Below the pieces are notes generated by a model that was not told the DNA's origin, did no database searches, and saw nothing but the letters and a program-made list of their open reading frames with translations. This document shows, one piece after another, positions 9,488 through 19,525 of a stretch of 64,000 nucleotides of DNA. Origin of the DNA: Treponemataceae bacterium (GTDB lineage: Bacteria; Spirochaetota; Spirochaetia; Treponematales; Rectinemataceae); assembly GCA_963667725.2 (NCBI GenBank), contig CAXXHO010000005.1, forward strand, positions 992,001-1,056,000. The letters are read 5' to 3'. Position numbers and translations under genes: made by a program. Position 1 is the stretch's first letter. Every line of letters begins with the position of its first letter.

Positions 9488-10177
9488 CTATTTCATCTCC
9501 GCGAGGAGTCTTGTCGCGTCCTTGTTGCCTATAGACGAGGATTTCTGCAGATCGGCTTTAGCCTCGGCCGCTTTGCCCATGTCCTTGTAGAGTTGTCCGC
9601 GGAAGTACCACGCGTCGCTGTTCGCGTCCGACTTCTCGCCGAAAAGCGAGATATATTCGCTGAAAAGCTGTTCAGCCTTCTTCCTGTCCTGACCCGCTAT
9701 CCCGGGCAGCACCTGCCAGAAGCGCCCAAGCGAAAGAATCGGGCCACCCTTGTCGTACATCTTGTCGTATTTATAGGCGTTCTCGAAGCCTTTCTGAGTC
9801 TTGCCCTTGAGGCCTTCGGCGAGGGCTTTGATGATGCTTACGCAGTCCGAGTATGTGCCGACGCAGAGTCCGTAATAATACCAGCCTTCTATGCCGGTCG
9901 GATTGATCGAGCAGGCAATCTCTCCGAACTTGATGCCTTCTTTGGCGACAGCGCGAGCGGAATCCTTCCAGCCCGAGACTTCTTCCTCCACGAGGAAGTC
10001 CCCATACCTGCGCGCGGCTTCGGCCGCTTTCCAGTTGAGTTCGTAATCCTTTGGCGCTCCGGAAGCGTTTTTTGCGGCGACTTCATACTTCGCCTTGAGT
10101 TCGGCTTCAGAGGCTGCCATCACCGGAACCAGGGCGAACAGTGCCAAAACGATCGCCAACGTCAGCATTCTTTTCAT
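9488..10177 (-). CDS. Exported TPR-like helical protein (TatT/BstC-like)
   Basis: AGGAGG + MKRMLTLAIVLALFALVPVMA signal peptide; LGRFWQVLPGIAGQDRKKAE and TPR-like DAWYFRGQLY..G..AEAKADL. Confidence 0.7.
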   Translation of the reverse strand: MKRMLTLAIVLALFALVPVMAASEAELKAKYEVAAKNASGAPKDYELNWKAAEAARRYGDFLVEEEVSGWKDSARAVAKEGIKFGEIACSINPTGIEGWYYYGLCVGTYSDCVSIIKALAEGLKGKTQKGFENAYKYDKMYDKGGPILSLGRFWQVLPGIAGQDRKKAEQLFSEYISLFGEKSDANSDAWYFRGQLYKDMGKAAEAKADLQKSSSIGNKDATRLLAEMK

Positions 10178-10298
10178 TTGAAATCCTCCTTGATACGGAA
10201 ACATCGACAGATGAACCGTACACGGCCCGGGAGCCGCGGTCAAGATGGAGCGATTCCCGGGATAAACTTATGCAGTTAGTTATGATATTGTAGTCATC

Positions 10299-11306
10299 AT
10301 GACGAAAAATAACTTCTATTACTATTCGCCCAATGGCGCGGTGGTCGACGCGCATACCCGCGAAAATGCCTTGAGCATGAAAAAGGAAGGCGGGTTCGTC
10401 TGGCTCGCCTATGTCTCGCCTGACAAGGCCGATCTCGACCCCCTGGTCGCCGAGCTCGGTATTCATCCTCTCTCCATTGAGGACTGTTTCGATGAGGATT
10501 ACCTCCCGAAAATCGACATATTCACCGATTACACGGGAATCCTGTTCAACGATTTCCTTGCCGAAAGCGAGACTTTGGGCATCAGGGAAGTCAATTTTTT
10601 CCTCGGAAAGGATTTTCTCATTTCGGTGATCAGGGATGGGTGCGCGGATCTCTACCGCTGCGAGGATATTATCAGCGAACTCGCCGTCGATGCCGCCAAA
10701 CCGGTTCGGGGACCGGCGCGCGTCCTGTACGCGCTTCTCGATAGAATGATCGACAACAAATTCGGGGCCGTCGAGAAGGTGGGAGACCGTATTTCGGAGT
10801 TCGAGGATTTGATTCTCACCCAAAGCGGCCCCGTCGACAACGCGAAGCTGCATGGCATTAGGCAGAACCTTATGGTCATGCGCAAGAGCCTCTTTCATGA
10901 GCGCGAAATATTGGTGAGGATCTGCAGGCACGACAGTCCTCTCATCAAGGAAGGGGATCTGGCCTATTTCAGCGATCTTTACGATCATCTGGCGAAATTC
11001 GTGGAAATCGTGGAATCCAACCGCGAAACGGTGACGAACCTGGTGCAGATCCAGCTTGCGCTGACGAGCAACGCGATGGCCGAATCGTCGAACCGCACCA
11101 ATCACTCAGTGAATCGCCTAACGTTGATCACGACGATATTCATGCCGCTCAGCCTGATCGCCGGGATCGGCGGCATGTCCGAACTGACGATGATAGCCGG
11201 ACCGGAAAACTGGAAAATCACGTATCCGATCCTCCTCGGCGCCATGGTCTTGGTGGGCATCGCCAACTACGCGTTCTTAAAATGGCTCGACAACAGGAGA
11301 TCCTGA
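10299..11306 (+). CDS. corA: CorA family divalent cation transporter
   Basis: LGIHPLSIED..PKID, YFSDLYDH, LTLITTIFMPLSLIAGIGGMS, two C-terminal TM helices. Confidence 0.88.
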   Translation: MTKNNFYYYSPNGAVVDAHTRENALSMKKEGGFVWLAYVSPDKADLDPLVAELGIHPLSIEDCFDEDYLPKIDIFTDYTGILFNDFLAESETLGIREVNFFLGKDFLISVIRDGCADLYRCEDIISELAVDAAKPVRGPARVLYALLDRMIDNKFGAVEKVGDRISEFEDLILTQSGPVDNAKLHGIRQNLMVMRKSLFHEREILVRICRHDSPLIKEGDLAYFSDLYDHLAKFVEIVESNRETVTNLVQIQLALTSNAMAESSNRTNHSVNRLTLITTIFMPLSLIAGIGGMSELTMIAGPENWKITYPILLGAMVLVGIANYAFLKWLDNRRS

Positions 11307-12610
11307 TGGAAGCGGTAAAAAAGTTCGACATGGCGAAAAAACCCGTCAAGCAGCGATGGTTCCTGACGCCGGTAGCCTGGCTCCTGAGTTTTCCCGAAAT
11401 TCTCCAGCGGAAGCTGAAGATCACGAAAATCAATATGGAGGGAGTGAAACCTCCCTATCTGCTTTTATCCAACCATATGGCCTTCGTCGACTTCAAGGTG
11501 ACGACGCGGGCCATCTTTCCCCATCGCGCGAACTACGTGGTGGCGATCGACGGCTTTCTCAAGGGCGAATGGCTTCTCAGGCAGGTCGGATGCATCTGCA
11601 AGCGAAAATTCACCAACGATATTCTTCTCGTCAAACAGATGAAGCATTCGCTGCTGGAGCACAAGACTATCGTGGCGCTGTACCCCGAAGCGCGGTATTC
11701 CTATTGCGGAACGACCTCGGTCCTGCCCGATTCCCTCGGCAAGCTCATCAAGCTGTTCAAGGTGCCGGTCGTCATGCTGACGCAGCACGGGAATTACCTG
11801 TCCCAGCCGGTGTGGAATCTCGAGAAAAGAAAATGCAGGCTGGAAGCGACGATGGAGCGGCTCTATACGGCGGGGCAAATCGAGGCGGCAAGCGTCGACG
11901 AGATAAACCGGAGAGTAAACGCCGCCTTCCGGTACGACGAATACAGCTGGCAGAAGGACAATGCCGTCGCCATCGATTTCCCGAACCGGGCCAAGGGGCT
12001 TCATCATATTCTCTATCAATGCCCCCACTGCCTGACCGAATCCAAGATGAACTCCGACAAGAACGAGCTATGGTGCGAGCATTGCCATAAGCGGTGGACG
12101 ATGAGCGAACTCGGGGAACTGTCCGCCGTCGAGGGCATTACCGAATATTCCCATATTCCCGATTGGTTCGAGTTCGAGCGGAAGATGGTCCGAAGGCAAA
12201 TCGAGGATGGGACATACTTTTTCAGGGACAGGGTCATGGTCGATTCCCTGCCCAACGCAAAGGGCTACATCCGTCTCGGCGAGGCAACCCTGACGCATTC
12301 CTCCGAAGGCTTCGTTCTGGAAAAACTGGAAGGCGACAGGCAGTTCCGCCTGGAAAAGAAGCCCTCGTCGCTCTACAGCCTCCATATCGAGTTCGATTAT
12401 TTCGGAAAGGGCGACTGCCTGGACTTGTCCACCATAGAGGATACTTTCTATCTCTACCCCCTCACCGCCCAAAACGCGGTCACCAAGCTGCAGTTCGCGG
12501 TGGAGGAGATGTACAAATTCCAGGAAAAGAAAAAAATGGACGAAATGTCGGCCAGGAAGGCGGCGGCAAACGAGACAGCCGCGGTCTATGAGACGACGGC
12601 GGCAATGTAG
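11306..12610 (+). CDS. PlsC-type acyltransferase with C-terminal Zn-ribbon domain
   Basis: SNHMAFVD (HX4D), LYPEA, CPHC..CEHC; TGATG coupling with corA. Confidence 0.82.
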   Translation: MEAVKKFDMAKKPVKQRWFLTPVAWLLSFPEILQRKLKITKINMEGVKPPYLLLSNHMAFVDFKVTTRAIFPHRANYVVAIDGFLKGEWLLRQVGCICKRKFTNDILLVKQMKHSLLEHKTIVALYPEARYSYCGTTSVLPDSLGKLIKLFKVPVVMLTQHGNYLSQPVWNLEKRKCRLEATMERLYTAGQIEAASVDEINRRVNAAFRYDEYSWQKDNAVAIDFPNRAKGLHHILYQCPHCLTESKMNSDKNELWCEHCHKRWTMSELGELSAVEGITEYSHIPDWFEFERKMVRRQIEDGTYFFRDRVMVDSLPNAKGYIRLGEATLTHSSEGFVLEKLEGDRQFRLEKKPSSLYSLHIEFDYFGKGDCLDLSTIEDTFYLYPLTAQNAVTKLQFAVEEMYKFQEKKKMDEMSARKAAANETAAVYETTAAM

Positions 12611-12719
12611 ATAATTTTCCATCGATATGTTGGGCGTTTCTCGCGGTTTGTGCTATCTTTTGCCTAAAGCGTGCCCGCTCAGGACAGCTACGTCTGAATC
12701 CGCCCGAATGGGGGATAGC

Positions 12720-13751
12720 ATGAAACATTTTCTTTTCATTATCGCCGCGGCGACCATCTTCTTTTTCCCCGCAACCACTCTTTTTGCCTTCGACTATGTT
12801 CCGATACAAATATCCGTCGTCCCGGGCGTAGCCCTGCCCTTCAGCGCCGACCGGGCCGGCATCGTGCTGGGTTCGATCGGGAACATATCGGGCAGGGTGG
12901 ACCTTCTCCAGGCGGCCGGCGTCTTCAACATCGCCGATGATATTCGCGGAATGCAAGCCGCGGGCGTATTCAACATCGCGGACGATACCATGGAAGGCAT
13001 CCAGGCGGCCGGCGTGTTCAACATAGCGGGAGATGCCTATACCCCCGTGCAGCTAGCCGGCGTATTCAACATAGCGGATGGTGTGGAGGGGATCCAGGCC
13101 GCCGGCGTGTTCAATATCGCCGGCGATGTCGATGGTGCGCAGGTCTCGCCGGTGTTCAACATCGCGGACGACGTGCGCGGATTCCAGGTGGGAATCGTCA
13201 ACGTGGCCGATCGCGTGGATGGCATCCAGCTCGGACTCGTGAACATATCCTCCAACGGCGTCTTCGAACTATCGGGATCCTGGGAATCCCAAACCGAGTA
13301 CGTCTACGGAACCTTGAAGACGGGCAATACCTCGGTGTTCGGCATTTACTCGATCGCCATGCCTAGGGACGATTGGTTCAATATTCCCGACAACACCGTG
13401 CTGTCGGCGGGGCTGGGAACGAGGATCGGCGATTCGCGCAGCCTCCATCTCGATCTCGCGGTATCTGCTTCCCAGGCGACGGGACCTGACATCGACGGAT
13501 TTTTCGATGCTTTGGGCTATCGCGGGGGCCTCAGACCGGAAGATGTCCTGGCGCCATGGCCAACCCTCGACGCAAGCCTTTCCCTGAAGCTGGGCGCGCT
13601 CCGCCTGACCGGAGGCTTCCGCTCCGACATCCTTCTCGCCGCGGCGCCGAACCTGCCATCAGCCCTCGCGAAAGGCTGGGCTTTCTCCGACACGTGGTTC
13701 GGCGAGAGCTTCACGGCCTGGACCAAATGGTACATCGGCGTGGGATTCTGA
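12720..13751 (+). CDS. Exported/outer-membrane protein with LA_2272-like GxQxAGxFNIA repeats
   Basis: Signal peptide; about 8 repeats of ~15 aa; beta-strand-like C-terminus ending WYIGVGF. Confidence 0.8.
   Translation: MKHFLFIIAAATIFFFPATTLFAFDYVPIQISVVPGVALPFSADRAGIVLGSIGNISGRVDLLQAAGVFNIADDIRGMQAAGVFNIADDTMEGIQAAGVFNIAGDAYTPVQLAGVFNIADGVEGIQAAGVFNIAGDVDGAQVSPVFNIADDVRGFQVGIVNVADRVDGIQLGLVNISSNGVFELSGSWESQTEYVYGTLKTGNTSVFGIYSIAMPRDDWFNIPDNTVLSAGLGTRIGDSRSLHLDLAVSASQATGPDIDGFFDALGYRGGLRPEDVLAPWPTLDASLSLKLGALRLTGGFRSDILLAAAPNLPSALAKGWAFSDTWFGESFTAWTKWYIGVGF
12893..13252 (+). repeat. Coding tandem repeat, ~45-48 nt unit (e.g. CAGGCGGCCGGCGTCTTCAACATCGC)
   Basis: Repeated QAAGVFNIA(D/G)D units visible in both DNA and protein. 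Confidence 0.85.
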
Positions 13752-13832
13752 CTATACCATCAGGCGAAAAATAACCTATAGTGGGGGACATCCCGCGAAA
13801 ATAGTCGCGCGCGATCGAAGAGGCTATTTACA

Positions 13833-15155
13833 ATGGATGTCCTGCTCGGTGTACTGCTGACGTTTCTGCTGCTGGTATTTTCCGTCCTGAATGGGGTATT
13901 TGTCGGCTATGCTTTGCTCGCCGGCTTTTTCGCCTTCGCGTTCATAGCCTGGAAAAGAAAGTTCTCGGTGAGGGCGATCGCCAGGATGGCCTGGGTAGGC
14001 GGCGGCAAGGCATTGCACGTAATAAGAGTATTCGTGCTGATAGGCGGGCTCACCAGTATCTGGATGGCTTCGGGCACGGTACCCGGAATCATCTATTATG
14101 GGATCATGTATCTGAACCCGAAATACTTCCTCTTATACGCCTTTCTCATAAGCAGCTTAGTATCGTTTCTCCTGGGAACCTCGCTGGGCACCGCGAGCAC
14201 GATAGGCGTGGCCCTGGCCCTCATCGCCAGGAGCGGAAACATAAACATGAGCATGCTCGCGGGCGCCGTCATGTCGGGTGTCTATTTCGGCGACCGCTGT
14301 TCGCCAATGTCTTCGAGCGCCTATCTGGTAGCCACCCTGACCGGGACCAGGCAGTACGAGAATATAAAGAATATGCTGAAGAGCGGCGCTCTACCCTTTA
14401 TAGCCGCGCTTACCTGCTATCTCATCCTCTCGCTCCTGAATCCGCTGACCTCTCTCGACATGAAGACGACAAGCGAGATCGTGAAGGCTTTCGACATCAA
14501 CATTCTGGTTCTGGTGCCTGTTCTTCTCGTCCTCCTTTTCTCCCTATTGAGAGCCAGAATCGAATATACGATCTCGATCGGTCTCGTTTCCGCTTTCGGC
14601 ATCGCCATGGCGCTGAACCATTACGGCTTTCTGGAGCTGACGCGTTTTATCGTCACGGGCTTTGCTATGGAACCGGAAAGTCCTCTGCGGGGCATGCTGA
14701 AAGGCGGCGGACTCCTTTCCATGGTGAAGGCCTCGATTGTCGTCCTGATTTCCTGCGCCCTTTCGGGTATTTATGACGGAACCGGCATGCTGAAGGATAT
14801 AGAGACGCTGATGATGAAGGCTAGAAGCCGCAGAAGTCTCTTCGTTCGTACCCTGGCTGTCAGCGTAGGAACGGCTTCCTTCGGCTGCAGCCAGACGATC
14901 GCGACCGTCCTGACCCATCAGATAATGAGGAAAAGCTACGAGTCCAGGAAAATAGACCAGTATCAGTTCGCGCTCGATCTCGAAAATACGGGCATCGTTC
15001 TGGCCGCCATGATTCCGTGGAACGTCGCGGCATTCGCGGTTACCTCGTCTCTCGGCGTGGACAACGTCGGATATCTGCCCTATGCCTTTTATCTGTATCT
15101 TCTTCCGCTTTTCGGAATTTCCGGGATAGGAAGCTGGCGAAAACTCAAATCATAA
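13833..15155 (+). CDS. Na+/H+ antiporter NhaC family transporter
   Basis: WMASGTVP, GTSLGTASTIG, SGVYFGDRCSPMS, IPWN; ~12 TM segments. Confidence 0.85.
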   Translation: MDVLLGVLLTFLLLVFSVLNGVFVGYALLAGFFAFAFIAWKRKFSVRAIARMAWVGGGKALHVIRVFVLIGGLTSIWMASGTVPGIIYYGIMYLNPKYFLLYAFLISSLVSFLLGTSLGTASTIGVALALIARSGNINMSMLAGAVMSGVYFGDRCSPMSSSAYLVATLTGTRQYENIKNMLKSGALPFIAALTCYLILSLLNPLTSLDMKTTSEIVKAFDINILVLVPVLLVLLFSLLRARIEYTISIGLVSAFGIAMALNHYGFLELTRFIVTGFAMEPESPLRGMLKGGGLLSMVKASIVVLISCALSGIYDGTGMLKDIETLMMKARSRRSLFVRTLAVSVGTASFGCSQTIATVLTHQIMRKSYESRKIDQYQFALDLENTGIVLAAMIPWNVAAFAVTSSLGVDNVGYLPYAFYLYLLPLFGISGIGSWRKLKS

Positions 15156-15168
15156 CAGCCGAGGAACC

Positions 15169-16560
15169 ATGGAAAATAACGACGCACAATATATTAAGAT
15201 GACGCAGCGGCCCATAGGAAGGCTGATTACATCGCTGGCAGTCCCGACGATTATAAGCATGCTGGTAACCTCGATTTACAATATGGCCGATACTTTTTTC
15301 GTTTCCAGGATAGGGACGAGCGCGTCAGCGGCGGTTGGAATCGTGTTTTCCCTCATGGCGATCATACAGGCCGTGGGATTCACCATCGGCATGGGATCGG
15401 GCAGCTGGATTTCCCGGCTACTCGGAATGCACAGGATCGAGGAGGCGAACAAGGTCGCCTCGAGCGGATTCTTCATGTCCATCTTTCTGGGCATACTGCT
15501 CACCATTTTCGGCGTCATTTTCACCGATCCCCTCATGCAGATTCTGGGCGCGACCGATACCATCCTGCCCTATGCCAAGGCTTACGCGAGCTATATCCTG
15601 CTCGCCGCGCCCATCATGATGGCTTCTTTCGTGCTCAACAATATCCTGCGCTCGGAAGGCAAGGCCAAATTCGCCATGATCGGCATCGCGACGGGCGGCA
15701 TCCTCAACTGCGGCTTGGATCCGCTTTTCATCTTCGCGTTCAGGATGGGCATAGCGGGAGCGGCCGTCGCCACAGCCCTCAGTCAGCTTGTTAGCTTTAT
15801 TATTCTCCTGGCTGTCTTCCTGAACGGCCGGACTATCGTAAAGATTGGCGCGGGACGCATGGCCAAAAGACCCGATACCTATCTGCGGATCATAAAAAAC
15901 GGGCTTCCCTCTTTCTGCAGGCAGGGGCTCGCGAGCGTTTCCACCGTCGCGCTGAACGTGAGCGCGGCCTTCTACGGAGACGCCGCCGTGGCGGCGATGA
16001 CCATCGTCACGAAGATATTCATGTTTATCTTCTCCATCATCTTAGGCATCGGACAGGGATATCAGCCGGTGGTAGGGTACAACTACGGCGCGAAAAAGAT
16101 GGGGCGAGTGAGGGAGGCCTTTTTTTTCACGCTGAAAACCAATGTCGCGGTGATGACCACCTGCGCGATCGCGGGATACCTGGCCGCTCCGACGCTGATA
16201 AGGCTTTTCATTGCCAGCGATCCTGAGGTGATTCACATCGGGACCGTGGCTTTGCGGGCGCAGTGTCTCGCGATGCCGCTTATGCCCCTCGGCGTAATGT
16301 GCAACATGACCTTCCAGTCCATCGGGAAATCCTGGACGGCGACGATTCTATCGGCGGCCAGGCAGGGCATTTTCTTTCTGCCGCTGATTCTCGTCCTGCC
16401 GGGATTCTTCGGTCTTCTGGGCGTCCAGGTCACCCAGCCTCTGGCCGATCTCTGTACCTTCCTGTTCTGCGTCCCCTTCACGTTCCACTTTTTTATGAAG
16501 GTTGGCGAAGACAGTAACCCTTCCATCGCGAAGGATTCGTCGCCATCGCTGAACAACTGA
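15169..16560 (+). CDS. MATE family efflux transporter
   Basis: LAVPTIISML..YNMADTFFV, LRSEG, LDPLFIF..GIAGAAVAT, QPVVGYNYGAK. Confidence 0.93.
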   Translation: MENNDAQYIKMTQRPIGRLITSLAVPTIISMLVTSIYNMADTFFVSRIGTSASAAVGIVFSLMAIIQAVGFTIGMGSGSWISRLLGMHRIEEANKVASSGFFMSIFLGILLTIFGVIFTDPLMQILGATDTILPYAKAYASYILLAAPIMMASFVLNNILRSEGKAKFAMIGIATGGILNCGLDPLFIFAFRMGIAGAAVATALSQLVSFIILLAVFLNGRTIVKIGAGRMAKRPDTYLRIIKNGLPSFCRQGLASVSTVALNVSAAFYGDAAVAAMTIVTKIFMFIFSIILGIGQGYQPVVGYNYGAKKMGRVREAFFFTLKTNVAVMTTCAIAGYLAAPTLIRLFIASDPEVIHIGTVALRAQCLAMPLMPLGVMCNMTFQSIGKSWTATILSAARQGIFFLPLILVLPGFFGLLGVQVTQPLADLCTFLFCVPFTFHFFMKVGEDSNPSIAKDSSPSLNN

Positions 16561-16599
16561 TACAGCGATGGCGCCTTGTCTTGGTATCCACTCTTTTCT

Positions 16600-18384
16600 C
16601 TATCGTCCCCAGGCGGAACCTGAAGAACTCGCCTCTAGCATACCTTTTAATGCTGCATCGGCGAGATCGAGCCCTTTCTCCCAATGTTGTTCGCAGAATG
16701 CGTCGAGCGCTTCCTGGGCTGCCATTACTTTTCCCGTTGCTTTCAGATCGATATAGCTTTTTTCCATCGCCGGCATCTCTGTGAAAAGGCTTTTTTCATA
16801 GGGGTCGAATATACTCCGGATGCTCTCATGGTAGTTCTTATACGCGCCGAAGGCCAGTTTCGATATCATGAGGAATTGGGATCCGGCTTCCGGGGTGGCG
16901 TATCGGGAATCCACCGATGATGCGCCTACATAGAACGGGATGAACAGACTGTTACAAGGTTGATTGTAGGCATGGAGCATGGCGCCCAGTTCGTTCGGCA
17001 TATCTTGTCGAGCCATAAGGATCGCCGTCGCGGCCGTCGTTCCCTCGAAAGCATGATGACAAATCGCGCGTGGGAATATTGAGACGTCTATGGTATCCTT
17101 GCTCGGGAATTCCGTCATCCACTCCTGTCGGTCGTAAACATAATCGGTGCTGTAAAAGGGAACCTGGTCGAGCTTAAGCGTTTTCCCGCTCGGAAGCGTA
17201 TAGCTGTCGTAATGATCTCTGGAGCAGGGAATAAGGGTCTGCGCGGATATTTTTCCGGAGATGCCCGCAAGAAGTTCCATAGCCCTGCTGTAGCGTATCT
17301 CCGTATTGTAGAGAATTTCGGCCGCGGGGCGCGAAGCGATGTTATCGTTGTTCTCGGGGTAGAAACCGGTCGTTCCATAGACTGCCCTAAAATTTATCGT
17401 GGCGACGTCTTTGCTTATCCATCCATTGGCCCGGGCATAAGGCAACAGATCCTCCGAACTCAGCTCATAATCATCGGTTATCTGGAACTGGTTGGATCTG
17501 GCTGTGTAGCAATCCTGGTACCGGCGGGCTACCCAGCGCTTGCCCGCTATCTCTACAATCCACATTTCCTGCGGATCGCCGATCTCGAAAATTATCGAAT
17601 TCCACGCCTGCCCAAATTTTTCCGTGAGTTTCGTCAGGACTTCGACGCCTTCCCGCGCCGTTTTAGCGCGTTCGAGGACGAGGCGCACATAATCGTTGTC
17701 GTGAAGACCATCGGTGAATGTCATCTCATCGCGCGCGGGGGCGTCGTTGTCCGAAACGATGACCTGGAATTCATTGATGCCCATTCCATATCCCCATCGT
17801 CCGGCCGAACGGGAACCGATAAAGGAATATGTCTGTTCCGCTTGAGGTATATCTATATAAGCAGCTCGATAAAGCTCAGTCGGCGAGTGGGCGCCTCCCG
17901 TTTGTTTAGCCACCTCCGAGATGGTATTAGGCCCAAGGTCACGGTTCTTGGATATGATGCTTCCTTTTCCACCGGCAAGAACGCTGCCCTGCGCCACAAA
18001 GGTGGTGCATTCCCCGATGAATCCAGTCATGAGTCTGTCCGCCATATTGAAAACGAGAATATCCTGATAGGGTATTCCCGATCCTTCGGCGACTCCTCGC
18101 ATCCAATCGATTTTTTCCGGCAAGATATTCAGCGTCAGCGCTTCCCGCATTTTAGACGCCTGGAGAATCCTCGCATAATCGATATCGCGTTTTTGGGCTA
18201 TGGCTTTCATGTCATAGATATTAGCCAGAATCGCCAGCCTTTGGGACGATCCCGTCAGCAAGCCTTCTTGATAGGATGTTCCTTCTATGGCTCCAAGAGG
18301 CAGTATCGCGAAAAGCAGCAACATGGAAAAGAACACCGCGATGCCACGCAATAGGTTTTCGTTCTGTCTTTTGCCCGTCAACAT
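16600..18384 (-). CDS. Exported Ntn-hydrolase (peptidase C69/C45-like)
   Basis: GGAGG RBS, signal peptide, MRGVAEGSG..N, E-CTTF nucleophile, KNRD, MGINE, LERAKTAREGV, IGDPQE. Confidence 0.82.
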   Translation of the reverse strand: MLTGKRQNENLLRGIAVFFSMLLLFAILPLGAIEGTSYQEGLLTGSSQRLAILANIYDMKAIAQKRDIDYARILQASKMREALTLNILPEKIDWMRGVAEGSGIPYQDILVFNMADRLMTGFIGECTTFVAQGSVLAGGKGSIISKNRDLGPNTISEVAKQTGGAHSPTELYRAAYIDIPQAEQTYSFIGSRSAGRWGYGMGINEFQVIVSDNDAPARDEMTFTDGLHDNDYVRLVLERAKTAREGVEVLTKLTEKFGQAWNSIIFEIGDPQEMWIVEIAGKRWVARRYQDCYTARSNQFQITDDYELSSEDLLPYARANGWISKDVATINFRAVYGTTGFYPENNDNIASRPAAEILYNTEIRYSRAMELLAGISGKISAQTLIPCSRDHYDSYTLPSGKTLKLDQVPFYSTDYVYDRQEWMTEFPSKDTIDVSIFPRAICHHAFEGTTAATAILMARQDMPNELGAMLHAYNQPCNSLFIPFYVGASSVDSRYATPEAGSQFLMISKLAFGAYKNYHESIRSIFDPYEKSLFTEMPAMEKSYIDLKATGKVMAAQEALDAFCEQHWEKGLDLADAALKGMLEASSSGSAWGR

Positions 18385-18481
18385 CAGCGCACCTCCATAG
18401 TAAACAATTATTAAAAAACTTTCTGAGCGATATGCTAGGACCGTATTTCGTGGTTGTCAATCCAATACCGCTTGATTACGG

Positions 18482-19525
18482 CTAGGACCGGCGCAGCAGA
18501 TCCATGTAGCCGGCCAGCGACTCGCAGCGGAAGCCCTTGAAGCCGGTTACCGAGGAAGCACAGACCATGGAATTCAGCACCGCTTCCTCGGTGCTTTCCG
18601 CCGCGGCCCTGAAGAGAAGCTCGAGGCGCTCTTCCCTGACCATCGAAATTTCGAGGATATCGCTGTCTCCGGAAACGCTCTGGGCTGTCGAGAAGCCAAG
18701 GAACACCTCGCCCGAGCCGTGGCCGATGAAGGAACCCAGGCGCGCCAGGCCGACCGATCCCCGCTTGATCACGCGTTTAAGCTGCCGGCTCGACAGCGGC
18801 GCGTCGGTGGCGAAGACGAGGATGACGGAGCCTTTGTCTTCGTTGTTAACGGCTTCCCGCTTTTTCATGATTTCCCGGCCGATGGGCTGGCCAGCTATCG
18901 TCAAGTCGCCCAGACGTCCGTGGTTGGTGAGCGCCACTACGCCTAGCGTGAATTCCCTGCCGCCGAGGGTGAATATCCTCGATGCCGAGCCTATTCCTCC
19001 CTTGAGACCATGGCAGATCATGCCCTTGCCGGCGCCGACGTCGCCTTCCGGGAAATCCTTCCTGGCATCGGCGACCGCCCTCTTCACATGTTCCGCGCGC
19101 ACCGCTCTGCGCTTTATGTCGTTGAGATTGGAGTCGTTGCACTCCATCACGATCGGATTCACGGAGCGCAGTTCCAGGGCATCCTTTTCGCAGCGTTCGA
19201 TCATGTAACCGACGGCCGCGTCGTGGACGAGGCCTACGTTGAGCGTGTTGGTAAGGAAAATCGGAGTCTCGATGCAGCCCAATTCCTCGATCTGAAGCAG
19301 GCCTTGACTTTTACCGAATCCGTTCAGGACGAAGGCCGCGGCGGGAAGCTTGCGCGAGAAAGGATTCGCGGTCGATGGCGATATGAAGGTCACGCCGGTT
19401 TTATTGGCGTCGGTGTCGATCGTACAATGCCCCACGAGAACGTCCTCTACGTCGCTGATCTTGTTGAGCCTGCCCGCCTTCATCTCACCGATTTCAATTC
19501 CGTAATCTCGAATGCGCTTCTGCAT
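18482..19525 (-). CDS. dmpA: P1/S58 family peptidase (DmpA-like aminopeptidase)
   Basis: ISDV..VLVGH, NGFGKS, ECND, GAGKGM, KGGIGSAS, G-S cleavage site in DKGSVILV, ATDAPL, HGSG. Confidence 0.9.
   Translation of the reverse strand: MQKRIRDYGIEIGEMKAGRLNKISDVEDVLVGHCTIDTDANKTGVTFISPSTANPFSRKLPAAAFVLNGFGKSQGLLQIEELGCIETPIFLTNTLNVGLVHDAAVGYMIERCEKDALELRSVNPIVMECNDSNLNDIKRRAVRAEHVKRAVADARKDFPEGDVGAGKGMICHGLKGGIGSASRIFTLGGREFTLGVVALTNHGRLGDLTIAGQPIGREIMKKREAVNNEDKGSVILVFATDAPLSSRQLKRVIKRGSVGLARLGSFIGHGSGEVFLGFSTAQSVSGDSDILEISMVREERLELLFRAAAESTEEAVLNSMVCASSVTGFKGFRCESLAGYMDLLRRS

Noticed and set aside
12893..13252. Regularly spaced DNA repeats as a possible CRISPR array
   Set aside because: In-frame coding repeats with third-position variation; no unique spacers and no cas genes
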